64,000 bases of DNA from an uncultured delta proteobacterium (GCA_963727625.1 CAVSHR010000002.1:416001-480000), one strand, 5' to 3'. Shown: positions 21,508 to 31,187, counted from the stretch's first letter. Translations and numbers: made by a program. Notes: generated from the sequence alone by a model not told the origin.

Positions 21508-21729
21508 ATGAAGTGCACTGTCTGCGGCGGCCACATGCATGCCACCACCACCGACTTGCCATTTAAGATGGCGGAGGGGCGGATCGTAATTCTGAAGCAA
21601 CTGCCGGTTCTGCAATGTGAAGCGTGCCGCGAATATCTCATTGAAGATACCGTTATGGCACGGATCGATGAATTGCTGGCGAGACGTGACAGCACTGCCG
21701 AACTGGAAGTGATTCGTTATGCTGCTTAA
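21508..21729 (+). CDS. MqsA/YgiT-type zinc-finger antitoxin
   Basis: MKCTVCGG...LQCEACRE; directly follows the DUF4258-like gene. Confidence 0.85.
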   Translation: MKCTVCGGHMHATTTDLPFKMAEGRIVILKQLPVLQCEACREYLIEDTVMARIDELLARRDSTAELEVIRYAA

Positions 21730-21910
21730 AGACGATAGGAGACGAGTGGTGTGAGAGCGACGTAACACAAACAGACCTTATTCGAGGGTCAAGCGATTTA
21801 AGAATCACAGTTTACCGCCCGGCCTGTAATCCTTGAGGCCCCTATCATTGCGGAGCTTCTTCTAGGACAACCCAATCCTCATGTTGCATGGCGATGTGAA
21901 TCAATGTCGG

Positions 21911-21992
21911 CATCGGCTCCGACATCGCCGATCCGATCAGCGGCTCGCTGCCGCACCGGTCTTTTCTGTGCCGCGTCCGTCCGGCCCAATAG
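21911..21992 (+). pseudogene. Displaced 3' end of the molybdopterin oxidoreductase (copy 2)
   Basis: IGSDIADPISGSLPHRSFLCRVRPAQ* versus gene IGSDLADPISGSLPHRSFLCRVRPG*. Confidence 0.9.
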
Positions 21993-22117
21993 GGGCGAAG
22001 TTTTTTGTCCCATTTGCGGCTTGATTGCGTCGACGCTTTTAGCATAATACGCGCGATCGAACGAAACGCGTGACGCGTCACCAAACCAATTTACATCCGA
22101 ATAATCAGGAGGGAACG

Positions 22118-22795
22118 ATGAGACTTTGGCATTATCTTCTTGTGATAGGCGCGCTTTTGATCGTCGGCAGCGGCCAGTGGGAAAACATCGTGGGCGCCGC
22201 CAGTGCTCCGCCGCCCAGCATGGGCTTCTTCGTTACCAGCGCAAAGAGCAAGACCGGAAATCTCGGCGGTCTAGCCGGTGCGGACAAAACTTGCCAAACC
22301 TTGGCTACCGCTGTGGGTCAGGGAGACAAAACCTGGCGCGCTTACCTTAGCGCGGAGCGCGATCCCTCCAACAACAATAATCCCACCAACGCCCGCGACC
22401 GGATCGGCAACGGGCCCTGGTTCAATGCCAATGGCATCATGGTCGGCAATGATCTCGCCGACCTTCACGCGCGCAGGGGAAATCCGATCTTGTTGGTAGA
22501 CGAGCACGGCCAAATGATTCCCGGCAATTGGCCCAATTCACCGAAGCCTACCGAGCATGACATCCTCACAGGTTCCACGGCTGAAGGCACAGTCATCGCT
22601 GGCAAGACCTGCGACAGTTGGACGTCGGATTCTCCCGACCTGAAGGCGCAAATAGGCCATTTGGACGGCATTGGGCTTGGTGGCAATACGGCGGGACGGA
22701 CTGCGTCGTGGAACTCCGCACATGAGAGTCGAAGTTGCGCCGACACCGCGCCGGGCGGTGGGGCGGGAAGGTTTTATTGCTTCGCGGTGAAGTAG
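22118..22795 (+). CDS. Secreted lectin/endostatin-like fold protein
   Basis: GNLGGLAGADKTCQ, WRAYLS, HDILTGS and RFYCFA motifs; signal peptide. Confidence 0.75.
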   Translation: MRLWHYLLVIGALLIVGSGQWENIVGAASAPPPSMGFFVTSAKSKTGNLGGLAGADKTCQTLATAVGQGDKTWRAYLSAERDPSNNNNPTNARDRIGNGPWFNANGIMVGNDLADLHARRGNPILLVDEHGQMIPGNWPNSPKPTEHDILTGSTAEGTVIAGKTCDSWTSDSPDLKAQIGHLDGIGLGGNTAGRTASWNSAHESRSCADTAPGGGAGRFYCFAVK

Positions 22796-22895
22796 AAGGC
22801 GTTAGCACGATCCACGCGAGTTACAGTTGCTTTGAACGGTGAAATGGCCAACGATCAGCCAAATTGCCATCTCGGTTTTGTTGCGGCCTCAGGAC

Positions 22896-23059
22896 GTGGT
22901 GTGCTGCCAGTACGGCTGGTGACAGATGTGCAACGAACTGGAACTGCCCGGCTACGACGCCTACAACGAACAATCCGCCAACCCCAGTCTCCTCATCGCC
23001 TCGCCGATCCGATCAGCGGCCCTTTGCCGCACCGGTCGTTTCTCTGCCGCGTGCGGCCT
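22896..23059 (+). pseudogene. Displaced 3' end of the molybdopterin oxidoreductase (copy 3, decayed)
   Basis: VVCCQYGW*QMCNELELPGYDAYNEQSANPSLLI/LADPISGPLPHRSFLCRVRP; contains a stop and a 7-nt deletion. Confidence 0.9.
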
Positions 23060-23109
23060 CCGAATTACTTTATTTGCAGCGGCTCGAAAGCCACTTTATC
23101 GCAATCCAA

Positions 23110-24537
23110 GGTTGTGGCCCCGGTTTTGTGGAAATTCGTATTTTCGGTATCCATGCCTGAAAAATTTCTTCTTTAAAAGCCCAACAACGAACGATCTCGA
23201 AGTGACCGAGGCCTAGACTACCCCCCTTCATGCGGCCTTCGACAAAGTCACTTGCTTTAGGTCTCGCCATCCGTCGATACGCCGCATATGGATCTGACCA
23301 CTGATGATCAACCCAAACAGCAACAGCTCGGCTGCCTGCGCGCTCGGCAATGAGCCTTGAGTCTTCACTCTGCGGCGAAACTCTCCGTTAAGCCGCTCAA
23401 TCGCATTGGTCGTGCGCAGCGATTTCCATTGGCTGTTGGGAAAACGGTAAAACGTCAACAGTTCCTCTCCCGCCTCCTCCAAGCTTGCCACCACTTTAGG
23501 AAGAAGCTTTTTCCACTTCACAACAAACTCCCGGTAAGCTTTCTTGGCTTCTTCCAAAGACTTCGCATTCACGATGGCATGATAATCCGTTTTTACTTGC
23601 TCCAAGGCATGCCGGGGTGTGTGCCGCTCTAGATTACGAAGCTTATGCACTGTGCAGCGCTGGACTTCGATCCCCACCCAGGTCTTCTCCACCGCAGCTC
23701 TTAGCCCTTTGTTCCCATCGATGATCACTACGCTCGGTCGCTTCAACCCACGGTCGGCTAACCCTTCAACGAACCCGCCCCAGCACTCGCTGGACTCGCT
23801 CTGTAACAGCTCCAAGCCCAATACCACTTTCTGCCCGTCCACTTTGACTCCTAAGCCCACCAACACCGGCGCCGAAACCACTTTGTTGGCAATCCGGACC
23901 CGCAACGCGATCGCATCCAGATACACAAACACCACCGACTCCGTCTTCAAAGACCGCTCGCGCCACTGGGAAAACAGGGCCTCAAGACGCCCCACTATCC
24001 GCGAGATCGCACTCTTGGAAAGCGGCGCTCCGCGCAAAAGGGGGGAAAGAGCCCCTCGTATGCGCCGCCCGTTCGCGCCGCTGAGGTAACAGCCCAATAG
24101 CGCGCTGTCCACCGACCGCGCTCGACGCTGATAACGCTCAACCAGCCTGCTTTGCCACTCCTTCTCTCCATCCCCCTGCTGCCTCAATCGCGCCCGCGGT
24201 AACTCGATTATCGTCTGACCCAGCCCCGTGCTCATCGAGCGCTCCCGCTTGCCGTTTCGGTACCCCCGTCGCGCGCCATTGCGCTCATAGGGCATGGCCG
24301 CCAACACTTCCCTCAACTCCGCTTCGGCTAGTGTCCAAATCACCTCCCGAATCCTCCCACGCAACGCTTCGCTCAGTGGATCGGGCCCTAAAAGAGCTTC
24401 CATTTGATCGAGAGATTGGATACTTTTCCTCATAGGCGTATTCCTCCTCGGTCTGACTCTCGCCAGAGCCAGTTATTGTTTTGGGATACCGAGAGAATAC
24501 GCCTTTTCCTTTTTTCCACCACAATCGGGACGCCGCC
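23110..24537 (-). mobile_element. IS256-family element
   Basis: Imperfect 24-bp inverted repeats ending GTGGAA; 8-bp target duplication CAATCCAA at 23102-23109 and 24538-24545. Confidence 0.9.
23228..24433 (-). CDS. IS256-family (Mutator) transposase
   Basis: GYRNG, VYLDA, IIDGNKGL, QRCTVH and RTTNAIERLN motifs. Confidence 0.95.
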   Translation of the reverse strand: MRKSIQSLDQMEALLGPDPLSEALRGRIREVIWTLAEAELREVLAAMPYERNGARRGYRNGKRERSMSTGLGQTIIELPRARLRQQGDGEKEWQSRLVERYQRRARSVDSALLGCYLSGANGRRIRGALSPLLRGAPLSKSAISRIVGRLEALFSQWRERSLKTESVVFVYLDAIALRVRIANKVVSAPVLVGLGVKVDGQKVVLGLELLQSESSECWGGFVEGLADRGLKRPSVVIIDGNKGLRAAVEKTWVGIEVQRCTVHKLRNLERHTPRHALEQVKTDYHAIVNAKSLEEAKKAYREFVVKWKKLLPKVVASLEEAGEELLTFYRFPNSQWKSLRTTNAIERLNGEFRRRVKTQGSLPSAQAAELLLFGLIISGQIHMRRIDGWRDLKQVTLSKAA

Positions 24538-24717
24538 CAATCCAAAAGATGGTCTACGGAAGGATCAGCTCGCAGGTAGATCGGTATTATATTGTTCAAG
24601 TATATTGAAACTGTGCTGGAACGAGAATCAATTGACAAGTTGTCGATTGGAAGAGTAATTCTTGCAAAGTCCTGATTGATTGCACGCGGTAATATACAGG
24701 TCAGTATGCTCACTAGT

Positions 24718-26580
24718 CCTCAAATAAGCGCTGTGGACAGGAAAATTTGTTGAGGTGGATTTAAAAACGGGAAAAGCCCTCTGAAATGAGGTATACGAAG
24801 AGTTGCCACACAGCAACGTAACCCCAAAAAGCAGAGGGCTCCCAAGTGAAAATATCTATCGCATTTGGACGTGCAAGTCACGTCAATTCCGGTACGAGCA
24901 TCGATCCTGCCGAACTTCCGTGGCCCGAGACTCAAGGGCGGGTGATGCGCCATCCGCTGCTCCATCTTGAGAGCGATCCACGAGGTAACATTACGCATTA
25001 TGGAGGTTTGGTCTTGGCGCAGCAGTTTGTCCGGCGGTTTCGGGTTGCGCAGCGGTTGGACCAGGCCCTGGTGTTGTTTAGGCGTCATGCCCCCTACTTT
25101 GAGTCGGACCATGTGCTGGCGCTGATGTACACGCTTTATGCCGATGGGACATGTCTGGAGGACCAGGCGGTGCTGCAAGGGAGCGAGGCGATTCGAAGAC
25201 TGGTGGGAGCGTGTCGGATTCCGGACCCGACGACGGCGGGAGATTTTCTGCGTCGGTTTAAGAGCGCACAAGATTTGGAGCAGTTGAGTGGGGTGGGCGA
25301 CGAGGTGCAAGAGGCGGTGTGGTCGAAGTTGCCCGCCCCGGTACGTCGTCACAGGAAGAAGCACGAGATGGCGCTGGTGGATCTCGATGGTCACATCAAG
25401 CCCCTGTACGGGGTGCAGAAAGAGGGGGCGGATTTTAGCTACGACGGGCGTTGGTCGTATCAGCCGTTGGTGGTGACGCTGGGTGGCAGTGGGGAGTGCC
25501 TCAAGGTGGTCAATCAGCCAGGCAGCGGGCATGCTGCGGACGGCGCCGCCGAGGCTCTCAAGGAAGTTTTGCCACGGGTGAAGCGCCATTTCAAAAGCGC
25601 CATTGTGCGGGGCGATACCGACTTTGATCGGGCCGACGTGTACCAGGCGGTGATCGAGCAGGGGGCGTACTTTGCCATTGGGGCCAAGCTGCATCCCAAT
25701 CGCGCCGCGCTGGCCGAGGCGATTGCGGAGAAGCGTTGGCAGCGATTTTGTCCGCGCGCCGAGCGCAACAAGCCAGCCGGGTCTAGTCGTGAGGGGCGCA
25801 CCCCCAACTACCGCAAAACCAAAGCCCAACAGCGAGGGTACCGCACGTTGAGCACGCTTCAGCAGTGGATCAGCGAGATCGACTATCAGCCCGCCGGGGT
25901 GCCCTTTCCGTGTCGCCTGATCGTGCGGCGGATTTTGATTGAAGAGTGCGATGGTCAGGGAGTGCTCTTTCGCCATTTCCGCTACCGGTTGGTGCTGAGC
26001 GATCTGCCGCGTTCTTACACGGCTCAGCGGGTCGTCGATCTGACCTATCAGCGCTGCGACCAGGAAAACCTCATCGAGCAATTCGGTCACGGCATTGCGG
26101 GGTGGCGCATGCCGGTGGCGGAGTTTATGGGCAACTCGGCGTGGCTGGAAATAGCTCGGCTGGCGTGGAATCTGGGCAAGTGGATCGCCCAACTGGTCTT
26201 GCCCGAGGAGGTAGTGCGCTGGGAGTGGAAGCGCTTTCGCCGCCACTTTGTCTACATTGCGGCCAAGGTTCTCAAGCTCGGCAGAAGCTTGGTGGTGCGG
26301 CTGGCCGGATCGCATCGGTATTTGCCCGACATCCTCGCCGCTCATGCTCGATTGCAGACCTAACAGACGGTTGCGACGCGACCTCATCCGGCTGCTCCCG
26401 CGGGCCGACGCACGCCGCGCTGCGCTCAAAATCACTCTCGACCTCGGTTCATCGTCCAACAACATCCGACTGGCTCCGATTTGTGATATAAACGCATGCT
26501 CATGATGGGCTTACGAACCGTCAAGGATCTCCCTATGAACCGACCATGCATACTTTTAGACGCTTGGCGCTTATTTCAGG
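24718..26580 (+). mobile_element. IS1380-family element
   Basis: Inverted repeats CCTCAAATAAGCGC / GCGCTTATTTCAGG; flanked by ACTAGT on both sides. Confidence 0.88.
24846..26363 (+). CDS. IS1380-family DDE transposase
   Basis: THYGGL, PDPTTAGDFLRRF, DLDG, VRGDTDF and YQRCDQENLIEQ motifs. Confidence 0.9.
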   Translation: MKISIAFGRASHVNSGTSIDPAELPWPETQGRVMRHPLLHLESDPRGNITHYGGLVLAQQFVRRFRVAQRLDQALVLFRRHAPYFESDHVLALMYTLYADGTCLEDQAVLQGSEAIRRLVGACRIPDPTTAGDFLRRFKSAQDLEQLSGVGDEVQEAVWSKLPAPVRRHRKKHEMALVDLDGHIKPLYGVQKEGADFSYDGRWSYQPLVVTLGGSGECLKVVNQPGSGHAADGAAEALKEVLPRVKRHFKSAIVRGDTDFDRADVYQAVIEQGAYFAIGAKLHPNRAALAEAIAEKRWQRFCPRAERNKPAGSSREGRTPNYRKTKAQQRGYRTLSTLQQWISEIDYQPAGVPFPCRLIVRRILIEECDGQGVLFRHFRYRLVLSDLPRSYTAQRVVDLTYQRCDQENLIEQFGHGIAGWRMPVAEFMGNSAWLEIARLAWNLGKWIAQLVLPEEVVRWEWKRFRRHFVYIAAKVLKLGRSLVVRLAGSHRYLPDILAAHARLQT

Positions 26581-26680
26581 ACTAGTCAACTCCAGACTTG
26601 AACCTAATTATTCCCCCTAATTATTCCTAATTATTCTAATTATACAATTATTAATTCAATTCCTCCTGACCCCAATTCCC
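26581..26680. repeat. REP-like hairpin plus degenerate (CCTAATTATT)n array
   Basis: ACTAGTCAACTCCAGACTTGA is identical to 30711-30731; followed by nested short repeats. Confidence 0.8.
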
Positions 26681-26721
26681 CCTCCCCCCCAAAGATGCGA
26701 GCACTAATGCTCCCGCTTCAC

Positions 26722-27285
26722 CTACTTTCGGCCATACCGCTGTTGCTGGCGCTGTTCTGCTTTCCGAAGTCGTTCTTGGGTCGGCTTAACATCTACCGAA
26801 AAATGATATTTCCGCCAGGTGGTTTTCATTTGTATTACGTCATCATCATCAAGGTAAATAGTCTTGGAGGCCAGGCCTTGGGTAGGGGGAAAATCGTTGC
26901 GCGGGTCTCCTAAAAGAATTGCGAGCCCATTTTTCCGAACATGTGCCCCTCGATAAACTTCTCCGTGCGGCATAAGCTTATAAATTATCCAGATCAAGCC
27001 CTTAGAGACATGAGGATTAAAATAAATCGGCACATCCTTGCCTGATTTTCCGATATCAAGATAATAACTAGCATAACCCATCGCATAAATCTCGTCTTTC
27101 ACTGCCAAAATAACAGCTTGGACCTCGTGGTCAGTGACCTTCCGTTGTGGTGGAGCGTCAGGTTGTGCAAATACATAGGATGCCCCACTGGCCAATACTA
27201 ATAAATTTAATAGAAGGTGCGTTCCGTAGAATTTTCTACGGAAAAACCTGGATATAAACTGATGCACCTTTGGGTACATCTCCAC
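26722..27285 (-). CDS. Putative periplasmic immunity protein for orphan toxin 3
   Basis: Low GC, signal-peptide-like segment ending VFA-QPD; overlaps the toxin stop. Confidence 0.7.
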   Translation of the reverse strand: MEMYPKVHQFISRFFRRKFYGTHLLLNLLVLASGASYVFAQPDAPPQRKVTDHEVQAVILAVKDEIYAMGYASYYLDIGKSGKDVPIYFNPHVSKGLIWIIYKLMPHGEVYRGAHVRKNGLAILLGDPRNDFPPTQGLASKTIYLDDDDVIQMKTTWRKYHFSVDVKPTQERLRKAEQRQQQRYGRK

Positions 27286-28354
27286 CTCCAGCTACGTTTC
27301 TAAATGGTCCAAAGGTCAATCTCGGCGTTCCTTGGGCCCACCGCGGTATGGGTTGGTTGACGCCTGGAGCATACTGGAAGAAATGTTGTGCCCCACCTGT
27401 CGGATCACCCTTAGGATTACTCAACACATGCTGAGCTGCCGTACTTGATTCGTTGTAAGCTTGCACAGCCGAAGGAACTCCATTTTGAATCGCCGTCGCT
27501 TCATTAACTGTTAAGGTTGTCGACGCTGTTCCTCTACCGAGGGGAACTCCCGTGGCCTCTCGGTTCATACCAACATAACCGATTGCGACCCGCGCGTCGA
27601 ACAAGGGCCCGCGCAGTCCAGCAGTTTCGTTATAGATGACATTTGTCAACCGATTGAGTTGATCTGCTACTTGCGCGGCTTTTAGCCCAAGATATATGGC
27701 CGGGCTGGAGAGGGACGAAAAATCTGAGCCCGGCAGGTCGACTGCGAAACCCAGACCGCCTCCAATCGAGCCTCCGTTTCCCACTCCACCAAACTCTGTC
27801 AACTCTCCCGCGAATCCAAGTATAGCGCTGCCGATTTGACAGCCCGTGTTTTTGCAAAAACCCAATCCACCCGAGGCGGCAAAGAGGAGTCCCGCTGGAT
27901 TTCCGCTGAGCGCCATCCCGATGCCGCCGATGATCTCCAGCACACCCAAAGCCGTTCTAAATTCGGGAACATGGTCCGCGACCGCGCCGAGACCTCCTCC
28001 TATGACAGCTCCTAAAGGCCCGCCGATGAAAAATCCAAAAATCGAGCCGAAGATGTTACCAAAGAACCCGCCCTTTTTCTTATGCCGATGGAAATACCCA
28101 TCGGGGTCGATGTAGTTCTGCGGGTTGTTAACGACGTAGCTGTAGCGGTTGAGATTCTGAGGGTCTAACGGCGTCTGGACGAAGGGATCGGCCGAGACAA
28201 ATCGCCCAGTCTCGGCGTCGTAGTATCTGCCGCCGTAGTAATAGAGCCCCGTCTCGGGGTCGAGCTTCTGACCGGTGAACCTCTGGGTTGGGTCGATCGT
28301 GCCCTCGGATCGGGAAGCAGTGCCCCAGGGATCGTACTCGTTGAGCTGGACTCG
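27236..28354 (-). CDS. Orphan Rhs cassette 3: core tip plus SleB/Hydrolase_2-like cell-wall hydrolase C-terminus
   Basis: Open frame with no start from RVQLNEYDPWG; YVVNNPQNYIDPDG; C-terminus with VIYNETAG..NR..DPTGGAQHF..PRWA. Confidence 0.8.
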   Translation of the reverse strand, partial: RVQLNEYDPWGTASRSEGTIDPTQRFTGQKLDPETGLYYYGGRYYDAETGRFVSADPFVQTPLDPQNLNRYSYVVNNPQNYIDPDGYFHRHKKKGGFFGNIFGSIFGFFIGGPLGAVIGGGLGAVADHVPEFRTALGVLEIIGGIGMALSGNPAGLLFAASGGLGFCKNTGCQIGSAILGFAGELTEFGGVGNGGSIGGGLGFAVDLPGSDFSSLSSPAIYLGLKAAQVADQLNRLTNVIYNETAGLRGPLFDARVAIGYVGMNREATGVPLGRGTASTTLTVNEATAIQNGVPSAVQAYNESSTAAQHVLSNPKGDPTGGAQHFFQYAPGVNQPIPRWAQGTPRLTFGPFRNVAGGGDVPKGASVYIQVFP

Positions 28355-28609
28355 GGTGGCTTTGAGAACTCAGAAAAGAGTCGCATCCCTTTTTCTCCCG
28401 CGAAATGTCAGGGAAGCCGTGATCAGCCGGTTGGAATCGTCGTGCTGGAACGTCTGGCTGTAGGTGAATTGACTGTCGCTGGCGGAGGCAGATTTGATGT
28501 CCCAGGCGGGAATGGATGAGGTCTATGCCAGGGCGAATGCCTGGAATCTGCGCGGTCGCCCTGCGAGAATAGCAATAAGGAGTTACGCAATTTAGGCAAG
28601 TCAGGCACC
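28355..28609. repeat. ~255-bp leader upstream of orphan cassette 3
   Basis: Near-identical to 30075-30329; ends in GTCAGGCACC. Confidence 0.9.
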
Positions 28610-28652
28610 GGTGAGCCACTAAACGCTAAACAGGAAGCTCAACAGCTAAAAA

Positions 28653-28919
28653 TTAATTTGGACAAGAGTGAATTAATATTAAAGTTGTCACGCCAATCGC
28701 AAATAAGGCTCCGCACATCCAAGAGATATTACGCCAAAAAATCCCTTCTGGAGTCAGATACCGATGCCCCCCGAATTGGATGAAAAATGGGTTAAACAGT
28801 AGACGGGCCTGAAACATCGGTATGCCTGGTTTTCTTTTGGCAATTAATAGAAACTGGGATACCGCGCAAATCACCCATAGCAATAAAAGAATCAATAGCA
28901 CGGCTAATCGCAACAGCAT
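28653..28919 (-). CDS. Putative membrane immunity protein (2 TM) for orphan toxin 2
   Basis: 88 aa, low GC, two hydrophobic helices, downstream of the toxin C-terminus. Confidence 0.7.
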   Translation of the reverse strand: MLLRLAVLLILLLLWVICAVSQFLLIAKRKPGIPMFQARLLFNPFFIQFGGHRYLTPEGIFWRNISWMCGALFAIGVTTLILIHSCPN

Positions 28920-29000
28920 GAGTACGATTTCTCCATTAAGGGAACGTTGTCAATATGACCTATTGACCTATTGCTATCGTCAGTCATCTATCCATTACTT

Positions 29001-30074
29001 TCACTTTCCACCACAAAACAACAAACAGGTCGCTATCGTTCTGTCACGCGTAATTGCGACACCTAGGCCAGGACCGGCAATGCCGGCTGTTGGAGATAGG
29101 ATGTTGATGTTGTCGTCATAACTGTATCCCAAACCAATACCCAGTTGTGCTTGGAAATTATTTACCACTCCACCTGGATCAGCGCCAGAATAACCCGACA
29201 CAGTGAGCCCAAGGCCTCCCATCCAGCCTTCACCGCTAGTGGCATAGGAATAATAAATGCCCCAACCGTCGTTTCCTATGTAAATTCCAACACCACCCTG
29301 ATATGCACGACTTAAGAGTCCTTTTGCAATAATTTGTCCCTGTACGCCAAACTGTATGCCACCTTTAGCTCCTCTTTTTGGAGTATCGCGTTGCTGGGAG
29401 GTCTTTGCCTTTGCTTTATTTCCTGCGGCCACTTGTGTGGAGGTACTCCTCACGAGCCCGAGCAAGGTCCGCAGCAGTTCCCAGTTCGTATCCGTGCAGA
29501 CATCGCATCCGGTTTCCATCGCAAGGCGCAAAGCTGGGCTGAAGAACCCCCCTCCCCCTGCATTGCTTAATCCGGGAATCTGTGGTCCGCCGGCATCCGC
29601 AACAAATCCTCCCTGGTTTGCTCCACTAACCGGTCCAGCGCTCTCGGCTACTATTCGACCTAAATCAGCGAGAGCCCATGCTGTACTAGCAAATCCGACG
29701 AGGTCCGCACCTGGCGGGGCACCCATCGATAGCAAGACAATGTCAAAGATAATACTAAAGATCTTTCCGAAGATACTATTAAAGAACCCGCCCTTTTTCT
29801 TGTGCCGATGGAAATACCCGTCGGGGTCGATGTAGTTCTGCGGGTTGTTGACGACGTAGCTGTAGCGGTTGAGATTCTGTGGATCTAACGGCGTCTGGAC
29901 AAAAGGATCGGCGGAAACAAATCTGCCGCTCTCGGCGTCGTAGTATCTTCCCCCGTAATAGTAAAGCCCGGTCTCCGGGTCGCGCTTCTGGCCGGTAAAC
30001 CGCTGGTCGGGATCGATCGATCCCTCGGTTCGGGAAACCGTGCCCCAAGGATCGTATTCGTCGAGCTGGACACG
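29001..30074 (-). CDS. Orphan Rhs cassette 2: core tip plus Gly-rich C-terminal toxin domain
   Basis: Open frame with no start from RVQLDEYDPWG through DPDG to stop at 29001. Confidence 0.8.
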   Translation of the reverse strand, partial: RVQLDEYDPWGTVSRTEGSIDPDQRFTGQKRDPETGLYYYGGRYYDAESGRFVSADPFVQTPLDPQNLNRYSYVVNNPQNYIDPDGYFHRHKKKGGFFNSIFGKIFSIIFDIVLLSMGAPPGADLVGFASTAWALADLGRIVAESAGPVSGANQGGFVADAGGPQIPGLSNAGGGGFFSPALRLAMETGCDVCTDTNWELLRTLLGLVRSTSTQVAAGNKAKAKTSQQRDTPKRGAKGGIQFGVQGQIIAKGLLSRAYQGGVGIYIGNDGWGIYYSYATSGEGWMGGLGLTVSGYSGADPGGVVNNFQAQLGIGLGYSYDDNINILSPTAGIAGPGLGVAITRDRTIATCLLFCGGK

Positions 30075-30329
30075 GGTGGCTTTGAGAACTCAGAAAAAAG
30101 TCGCTTCCCTTTTTCTCCGCCGAAATGTCAGGGAAGCCGTGTGATCAGCCGGTTGGGATCGTTGTGCTGACACGTCTGGCTGCAAGTGAATTGACTGTCG
30201 CTGGCGGAGGCAGATTTGATGTCCCAGGCGGGGATGGATGAGGTCTATGCCAGGGCGAATGCCTGGAATCTGCGCGGTCGCCTGCGAGCCAGCAATAAGG
30301 AGTTACGCAATTTAGGCAAGTCAGGCACC
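30075..30329. repeat. ~255-bp leader upstream of orphan cassette 2
   Basis: Near-identical to 28355-28609. Confidence 0.9.
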
Positions 30330-30357
30330 AGTCACTGGGCAGGCACCAGTCACTGGG
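30322..30357. repeat. 18-bp perfect tandem duplication
   Basis: CAGGCACCAGTCACTGGG twice, at the point where the transposase is truncated. Confidence 0.9.
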
Positions 30358-30683
30358 CCTCGATGAGGATCGCCTTGTATCGGCCGCGGAACAGCGTCCC
30401 GTCGCGCCGGTGGCGCCGGTTGAATCGCTGGGTATAGATACCGTCCACGTGGCGCATGACTCGGGATAGATTCCCTCTCGGTGTTTTCACACAGAGGTGA
30501 TAATGATTGCCCATCAGGGCATAGGCAAAGACTTCGATGTCCCACAGCCGATGGGCTTCGGCCACGGTATCGAGAAAGGCTTGATCGTCCGCCTCGTCGA
30601 CAAACGTCGGCTGTCTTGTCCGACCCCGGTTCATGACGTGATACACCGCTTTGGGGATATTGTATTCTTAGCGGACGCGACAT
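30350..30683 (-). pseudogene. Y1/HUH (IS200-like, RAYT-like) transposase, 3'-truncated and frameshifted
   Basis: MSRPLRIQYP/AVYHVMNRG, YALMGNHYHL (HUH) and FNRRHRRDGTLFRGRYKAIL motifs. Confidence 0.88.
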
Positions 30684-30710
30684 GGATATGAACTATCAAG
30701 GAAGGAGGGA

Positions 30711-30795
30711 ACTAGTCAACTCCAGACTTGACCCCAATTCTGCACCCAATTCTGCACCCCAATTCTGCAATTCTGCTGGACCCCAATTCTGCTCT
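30711..30795. repeat. REP-like hairpin plus (CCCCAATTCTGCA)n array
   Basis: GTCAA-N8-TTGAC stem 27 bp upstream of the transposase ATG, then about 5 nested copies of CAATTCTG. Confidence 0.85.
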
Positions 30796-30827
30796 TCTCC
30801 CCCATTTATCTCACCTATACCGGGTTC

Positions 30828-31187
30828 TTACTCGAGGTCATTGTCTCGGATGGAAGACACATAGACATTAGGCTTAAGCTGAATCATCAAATCGCGCAAC
30901 CCCGCTCCCTCTTTGAATAACAAATGCAGAACCTCCTTTACCGTGGTGATCTCGACCTTTATGCTGTCTATTTCTTCCAAGCATAGATTAATTAAGTCGA
31001 TTTGATTTCGAGACCATCGAAGCTGCGCGCTACCGTATCCTGGCTGGATTTCGAATTCTACGTGGTCGGTATCACGTACGGTAACAAAGGTAAGGTGGTT
31101 ATAACACCAAGGCACACCAGCATCTTTGAGTAAGGGTTCCGATTCAAAGAACTGAATCAATTCGTAGTCCTTAGGAAAATTTTCCAT
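30828..31187 (-). CDS. Putative cytoplasmic immunity protein for the main Rhs toxin
   Basis: Low GC, acidic, no signal peptide; immediately downstream of the toxin tip. Confidence 0.75.
   Translation of the reverse strand: MENFPKDYELIQFFESEPLLKDAGVPWCYNHLTFVTVRDTDHVEFEIQPGYGSAQLRWSRNQIDLINLCLEEIDSIKVEITTVKEVLHLLFKEGAGLRDLMIQLKPNVYVSSIRDNDLE

Noticed and set aside
20755-23059. Repeated gene ends as DGR template/variable repeats
   Set aside because: Differences are mostly synonymous, not adenine-specific, and there is no reverse transcriptase in the window.
24538-24717. AT-rich sequence between the two IS elements as a gene
   Set aside because: No convincing ORF even after removing IS256 in silico.
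26603-30795. Short repeat arrays as CRISPR
   Set aside because: No constant repeat with unique spacers and no cas genes.
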